Assembly (NCBI GenBank): GCA_011389835.1
Contig: JAABTO010000009.1
Span: forward strand, 1 to 43,226
DNA length: 43,226 nucleotides
Direction of reading: 5' to 3'
Source of the DNA: Desulfotignum sp.
GTDB lineage: Bacteria; Desulfobacterota; Desulfobacteria; Desulfobacterales; Desulfobacteraceae
A program made the translations under genes and the position numbers. Below, piece by piece: positions 38,353 through 43,226 of this stretch (positions within the stretch are counted from its first letter, which is position 1; every line of letters begins with the position of its first letter). The notes beneath the pieces are model-generated. The model was not told the DNA's origin and made no database searches. It saw only the letters and a list, made by a program, of their open reading frames with translations.

Positions 38353-38712
38353 TTATTGGTCCGGATTGAGTCGCTGCCGGATGGTATCGATCAGGGTGTC
38401 GATATTCAGCGGCTTGGCCAGAAAAATGTCATCGAAATGATCCGGCACGCCGTTTTGATCGAGGGTGCCATGTCCGGTCACAAAAATGAATTTGATGTCG
38501 GGCTGCTGATCCAGCAGTTTTTGTTTCAGGGCAAATCCGCTCATCCCCGGCATTTTCATATCCAGCACTGCAATGTCGTACCGGGTTTGGGCCGCTTTTT
38601 CCAGGGCCTGCTCTCCTGAATAGGCCACATCCGCGTCCAGCCCCCGCAAAGACAGACGTCTGGCCAGCATGTTGATGAATTTGGTTTCGTCATCCACTAG
38701 AATAATTTTCAT
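38353..38712 (-). CDS. Single-domain response regulator
   Basis: LVDDE, VLDMKMPG, VTGHG, LAKP. Confidence 0.92.
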   Translation of the reverse strand: MKIILVDDETKFINMLARRLSLRGLDADVAYSGEQALEKAAQTRYDIAVLDMKMPGMSGFALKQKLLDQQPDIKFIFVTGHGTLDQNGVPDHFDDIFLAKPLNIDTLIDTIRQRLNPDQ

Positions 38713-40472
38713 GCTTTTTCCTCTTTTTGCATCTTGACCGGCAGGGTCACGGTGAAAATGGTTCCGATCCCTGCACTGCTTTCCACCCGGATGGTCCCCT
38801 GCAGTTTTTTGACCAGGCCGTAGGTGATGGACAGCCCCAGTCCGGTTCCCATTTTTTCTTTTTTGGTGCTGAAAAACGGCTCATGAATCCGTTTCAGGTT
38901 TTCTTCGGGAATGCCGCAGCCCGTGTCTTTGATCTCGATGCTGATTTTTTTGGGCGGCAGGTGCGATACCATGATATCCAGACAGCCATTGGCTTCGATG
39001 GCCTGAAACGCATTGTTGATCAGATTGAGCAGAATCTGCTGGAGTTTTCCCCGGTCAGTCTCGATGGCAGGGACGTTCGGTGCAATCATGGTAGTGACGT
39101 GAATCCCCTTGTACTCGGTTTCTTTTTTGTGAAAACTCAGGATGCCGTTGATCAGTTTTTCCACATTCACTGAAGAGATCTGGACATCGAACTGCCTTAC
39201 AAACCCCAGCAGTTGACTGGTGATCGTGCCGCACCGGGACACCGCCTCCAGGATATCGTCCAGAAGTTCCGTGATCTCTTTGTCACTCCGGTGTTCGCCC
39301 GTATACTGATACAGATCCTTGAGATAACCGGCGGTTTCATTGATCAGGGCCAGCGGGTTGTTGATTTCATGGGCAATGCCGGCGGACAGCTGCCCGATGC
39401 AGGCCAGCTGCTGGCTCTGTTCCATTTTGAGCATGGTCTCCGCTTTGGCCTGATCGGCCAGATACAGCTGGTTCACCATGAAAGTGGAGACCAGGGTGAT
39501 AATAACCATCATCACCAGGCAGCAGATTCCGATGATCCAGTTGAAGGTTTTGCCCAGATTCAGCCAGGTGCCCATGACATCGGATTTCTTTTTGTGGACC
39601 ATGAGGATGAACGGGGTGGTCACCGCTTCGGTGTCGATATAGGAGTATCCAATGACAGAGGCGTTCTCTTTGTTGGTTTCCGGCGTGATCACCTGGGTGG
39701 TGTCTGAAAACGCCGGAATATTGATGGGTGCGGTCGTGAAAACTTTTCCGAAAATCGTGGAAGGGGTCTGGAGTATCCCGGAATGATTCAGCAGGAAAAT
39801 ATCAGTGTGCACGTTGGTCTTATACGATGACAGCATATCCATGAGCCGCTGGGTGTCCAGGGTGGCCCGGAGGAGAAAATGCCTGCTGTATGCGGTCTTG
39901 GACCTGACCGAAATGATGATGTGGGGAATGTCCCGGTATCCGGTGAACACTTCGCTGATGAAACTGTCCTGTTCAATACCCTGGGTGAACCAGGACTGGG
40001 TTTTATAGTTTTTCCCTTCCAGATTGAACGGTCCGGCATAGGCGATCTGGCTTCCGTCGGCATCGATGATGCTCAGGTCGGTGAATCCGCCGAATCCCAG
40101 CTTGAGGTTACTCAGAATTTTCGCCAGGTGTTGGTTATCGATCAACGTATAATAGGGCAGTTCGTTCACGATGAACCGCAGGGCGTTCAACCGTTCTTCA
40201 AGAAAAAACCGCATGGACCGTTTGGCATTGGAGGTGACCCGGTCGGTCTGGAGAACCAGTTCCGCATCCACGGATTTGTGAATCAACCGGTTGTTGATAA
40301 AGGTCGCCATCACCAGGGGTGACAGAGACGTGACCGCCAGAATCAGGATGCTGATGATCCAGATGCGGGGATAATTGGAAATGGTCTGAAAGGATGCCAG
40401 ATGGATATTTGGCCGGTGGAACAGAAAATCCAGCCATCTTTGGTTCTTTATGATCAGCGGCTGGCGTTTCAT
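38709..40472 (-). CDS. Membrane sensor histidine kinase with Cache-type extracytoplasmic domain
   Basis: Two TM helices; AHEINNPL, NLINNA, DTGCGI, PFFSTK, GTGLGL. Confidence 0.93.
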   Translation of the reverse strand: MKRQPLIIKNQRWLDFLFHRPNIHLASFQTISNYPRIWIISILILAVTSLSPLVMATFINNRLIHKSVDAELVLQTDRVTSNAKRSMRFFLEERLNALRFIVNELPYYTLIDNQHLAKILSNLKLGFGGFTDLSIIDADGSQIAYAGPFNLEGKNYKTQSWFTQGIEQDSFISEVFTGYRDIPHIIISVRSKTAYSRHFLLRATLDTQRLMDMLSSYKTNVHTDIFLLNHSGILQTPSTIFGKVFTTAPINIPAFSDTTQVITPETNKENASVIGYSYIDTEAVTTPFILMVHKKKSDVMGTWLNLGKTFNWIIGICCLVMMVIITLVSTFMVNQLYLADQAKAETMLKMEQSQQLACIGQLSAGIAHEINNPLALINETAGYLKDLYQYTGEHRSDKEITELLDDILEAVSRCGTITSQLLGFVRQFDVQISSVNVEKLINGILSFHKKETEYKGIHVTTMIAPNVPAIETDRGKLQQILLNLINNAFQAIEANGCLDIMVSHLPPKKISIEIKDTGCGIPEENLKRIHEPFFSTKKEKMGTGLGLSITYGLVKKLQGTIRVESSAGIGTIFTVTLPVKMQKEEKA

Positions 40473-40846
40473 TTTCTTTCCCCCCGGGCATGATTGAGCA
40501 GTGTGGTCAACTGATCGATGTTCACGGGTTTATGGATGAATTCACTCGCGCCCATTGCCAGGCAAGCGGTTTCATCTTCTCTGGTCCCGTGACCGGTGAT
40601 GATGAATACCGGCACGGCCGGATCGATCTCCTTGATATAGGCCAGTACCTGCGTACCATATATATCCGGCAGTTTCAAATCCAGCAGGATCAGGGTGGCG
40701 GCACCGGGATTCGACCTGATCCAGTCCAGACCGGACTGCCCGTCATAACAGGCGTGACAGGTAACGCCCCGGAGAGACAGGCGCCGGCCCAGCATGTCGG
40801 CAAATTTTGTTTCATCATCGATTATTAAAATGTCAATGTGTTTCAT
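40469..40846 (-). CDS. Single-domain response regulator
   Basis: IIDDE, LLDLKLPD, ITGHG, IHKP. Confidence 0.92.
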   Translation of the reverse strand: MKHIDILIIDDETKFADMLGRRLSLRGVTCHACYDGQSGLDWIRSNPGAATLILLDLKLPDIYGTQVLAYIKEIDPAVPVFIITGHGTREDETACLAMGASEFIHKPVNIDQLTTLLNHARGERK

Positions 40847-40979
40847 AAATGAATATTTTATATTGACTGTTTAAAAAATTTAATTTATATCACTTTATAA
40901 AACTTATTGTTGCATTTGTAAACATTAAAATAATTAAAATTTAAAAAACTAAACACACAATCGATGAAGGACCCAAATT
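40847..40979. promoter_or_regulatory. Very AT-rich divergent promoter region
   Basis: A/T tracts throughout; + strand TTGACT(40863)-N17-TATATC. Confidence 0.6.
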
Positions 40980-41888
40980 ATGGCATTTTTCAAAAAATCA
41001 AACAAAGCACCGACGCCGGTAAAAGATCAAGCGGCCCCCGCGCCGGATCAGGATTCCGAAAACGGCCGGGCCGCTACTGAATCTGAAAAAGAATCCAATA
41101 AACGCATTGCCGTTGCCACGTATGAAAGTCAGTTTCCCGAAAAATTGTCTGCCTATGCCCTTGAGATGGCAAAGCGGATGGGTTGCGGCATCATTGCCCT
41201 GAACTGCGCCAATCTCACCCATGACATCACGGAATTTTTTTCAAACGCCCATGATGTGGCGTTTGAGGAGTTTAAAAGAAATTCTGACCGGAATATCGGG
41301 GATTTCCAGACCAAAGCCAAAGAACTGGGCCTTGAATTCGCCCATACCGTGCATTCCTCCAATATCGACAATGCCGTTTCTGCTGTCATAAAGGAGTTCG
41401 GTAAACCGGAATACATCATCACGGAAAATCAGGGCGGCATGGCCAGAGCCACAGCAAAACCCGGGGAAAAGAATCTCCATATCCTGCTGGTGGATGACAA
41501 CCCAAAATTTTTGAATGCCGTGGCAGACCGCATCCGGTTGCAGGGGTATGAACCGCTCACCGCTTTAGACGGAAACAAGGCCCTGGAGATCATACAGACA
41601 AAAACGATTCATCTGGCGATCATCGACCAGCGGCTGCCGGATATGAATGGCCTGGATCTCATCGCCCGCCTCCGGGAAAAAGACAGCAACCTCGCCAGCA
41701 CCCTGTTGACGGGCCATGGGGATTCAAAACTCAAGGAAGCGACAGAAGCGCTTGAATCCATGTATTTTGAAAAAGAGGATATGGGCAGTTTCTGGGGATT
41801 TTTCAGGAAATTTCTGAGCACCCTGGGGACGTCGGATGAAAAAGAACCGGTTCTGGCCCAGACATTTTGTGTTTATTCCATTGACTAA
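40980..41888 (+). CDS. USP-like domain + response regulator receiver hybrid
   Basis: N-terminal KRIAVA...YALEMAKR...IIALN (USP-like); receiver LLVDDN, IIDQRLPD, LTGHG. Confidence 0.72.
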   Translation: MAFFKKSNKAPTPVKDQAAPAPDQDSENGRAATESEKESNKRIAVATYESQFPEKLSAYALEMAKRMGCGIIALNCANLTHDITEFFSNAHDVAFEEFKRNSDRNIGDFQTKAKELGLEFAHTVHSSNIDNAVSAVIKEFGKPEYIITENQGGMARATAKPGEKNLHILLVDDNPKFLNAVADRIRLQGYEPLTALDGNKALEIIQTKTIHLAIIDQRLPDMNGLDLIARLREKDSNLASTLLTGHGDSKLKEATEALESMYFEKEDMGSFWGFFRKFLSTLGTSDEKEPVLAQTFCVYSID

Positions 41889-41895
41889 GGAGGAA

Positions 41896-41982
41896 ATGAT
41901 GAGTTTCAGGTTCATTTTCAGCATTGTGTTGATTGGTTTGGTCGCCGCGCTCTGTTTTGTTTTCCGGAAAAAGAATGAATAA
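41896..41982 (+). CDS. Small single-TM membrane protein (28 aa)
   Basis: TAAGGAGG RBS overlapping the upstream stop; MMSFRFIFSIVLIGLVAALCFVFRKKNE*. Confidence 0.6.
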   Translation: MMSFRFIFSIVLIGLVAALCFVFRKKNE

Positions 41983-42041
41983 ATACTGACCGGAACGGGT
42001 TGACGGATGTGGATAAAATTATTGAACGGAGAAATATTTGA

Positions 42042-43226
42042 ATGACACCGGATATGATATTGACAATGATCGTGCTTGTTTTTGTGATCTGTTTGTTTGT
42101 CTTTGAATGGGTGCGGGTGGATGTCGTGGGCATCATGATGATGGTGCTGTTGCCCCTGATGGGTCTGGTGACCCCGAGTGATGCGTTTTCAGGGCTTTCC
42201 AGTAACGCGGTCTGTTCCATTATCGCTGTGATCATCATTGGCGCGGGCCTGGATAAAACCGGGGTGATGAACAATGTGGCCAAGCCGATCATGGCTTTGG
42301 CCGGCAAGAGTGAAAACAGGATCATGCTGTTCATCGCCGGTACCGTGGCCGTTATTTCCAGCATGATGCAGAATATCGGTGCAGCCGCCCTGTTTCTGCC
42401 CGTGACCCAGCGGATTTCCAAACGCATGGGCATTCCCACGTCCCGGGTGCTCATGCCCATGGCATTCTGTGCCATCATCGGCGGTACCCTTACCCTGGTG
42501 GGGGCGAGCCCTACCATTCTGTTAAACGATCTGATGGTGATCGGCGGGGAAAAACTGGAACCCTTCGGTTTGTTTACCCAGACCCCTATCGGCCTGTGCC
42601 TGTTGGCGTCGGCTTTGATTTATTTCATGGTCTTCGGCAGGTTCATTCTTCCTTCCCAGTCGGGTGAATTCAGCCGCGGGGCCTCGGATATCCTGATTTC
42701 TGAATACCAGGGTGTCAGGAGTATTGTCGAGCTGCACGTGCCGGAAACCGGGGTGACGGGCACGCTTGATGAACTGACCATCCGGGCGAAATTTCTGGTC
42801 ACGGTGATCGGGATCAGTTCCCCGACGGCTAAAACGACCAATCAGGTTCCCCGCAGTCATGACGAGATTTCCGCCAATTGTGATGTGGCGGTGGTGGGAA
42901 AATGGGAAAACATTGAAAAACTGGCGGAAGAATACGGCTGGGAGATCAAGGATGGCCTGGAGACCTTTGCCGATACCCTGGCCAACACCAATGCCGGGGT
43001 TGCTGAAGTCGTTGTCTCCCCCCGGTCCGATCTGATCGGCACGACATTGAATGAAGCCAATTTCAAAGAGCAGTACCAGCTCAATCCCCTGGTGCTGTTC
43101 AAGGGAAATAAAAAAATATACAGCGGCCTGACTTTCATTCCTCTCAGCCAGGGAGACACCCTGCTGCTTCAGGGACCCTGGGACCGGTTTCATATACTGA
43201 ACAACAAACCCAAACCCAGGCCTTTG
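42042..43226 (+). CDS. SLC13/DASS family transporter with TrkA-C (RCK_C) domains, 5' part (runs off the window edge)
   Basis: Not in the ORF track. Open for 395 codons: EWVRVDVV, AFSGLSSNAV, SSMMQNIGAAALFLP, GGTLTLVGASP, EVVVSPRSDLIG, GDTLLLQG; GGAGA RBS. Confidence 0.9.
   Translation, partial: MTPDMILTMIVLVFVICLFVFEWVRVDVVGIMMMVLLPLMGLVTPSDAFSGLSSNAVCSIIAVIIIGAGLDKTGVMNNVAKPIMALAGKSENRIMLFIAGTVAVISSMMQNIGAAALFLPVTQRISKRMGIPTSRVLMPMAFCAIIGGTLTLVGASPTILLNDLMVIGGEKLEPFGLFTQTPIGLCLLASALIYFMVFGRFILPSQSGEFSRGASDILISEYQGVRSIVELHVPETGVTGTLDELTIRAKFLVTVIGISSPTAKTTNQVPRSHDEISANCDVAVVGKWENIEKLAEEYGWEIKDGLETFADTLANTNAGVAEVVVSPRSDLIGTTLNEANFKEQYQLNPLVLFKGNKKIYSGLTFIPLSQGDTLLLQGPWDRFHILNNKPKPRPL

Noticed and set aside
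1-43226. Hidden selenoproteins (UGA read-through) in this window
   Set aside because: TGA-ending genes stop at the expected family C-termini and the catalytic Cys motifs checked use ordinary Cys codons. A bSECIS scan was not run.

Overview
Core-chromosome window of about 55% GC (estimated by eye). The gene content suggests a sulfate-reducing Desulfobacteraceae (Desulfotignum-like) bacterium; this is inference. It holds about 45 CDS and two tRNA genes (tRNA-Gly-GCC and tRNA-Sec/selC). Housekeeping genes: potAB, ihfA, purB, secA-clpS-clpA-aat, fxsA, an Aap/Bzt amino-acid ABC operon, khpA, larC, pgpA-recA-alaS and yejBE-like permeases. No integrase, IS, prophage or CRISPR array was seen. Most notable: (i) a terminal signalling locus with a Cache histidine kinase, three stand-alone receivers and a ChpT/Spo0B-like pseudo-kinase, divergent from a USP-like/receiver hybrid, an unannotated 28-aa single-TM microprotein and an SLC13/DASS-TrkA-C transporter; (ii) a DUF89/ARMT1-like protein with an extra C-terminal NDT-like domain next to a YfcE phosphoesterase; (iii) an M20 peptidase frameshifted by an exact 37-bp tandem duplication; (iv) a 22-bp perfect GC-rich palindrome and degenerate heptamer repeats in intergenic DNA. 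All calls come from motif recognition; no database searches were run.
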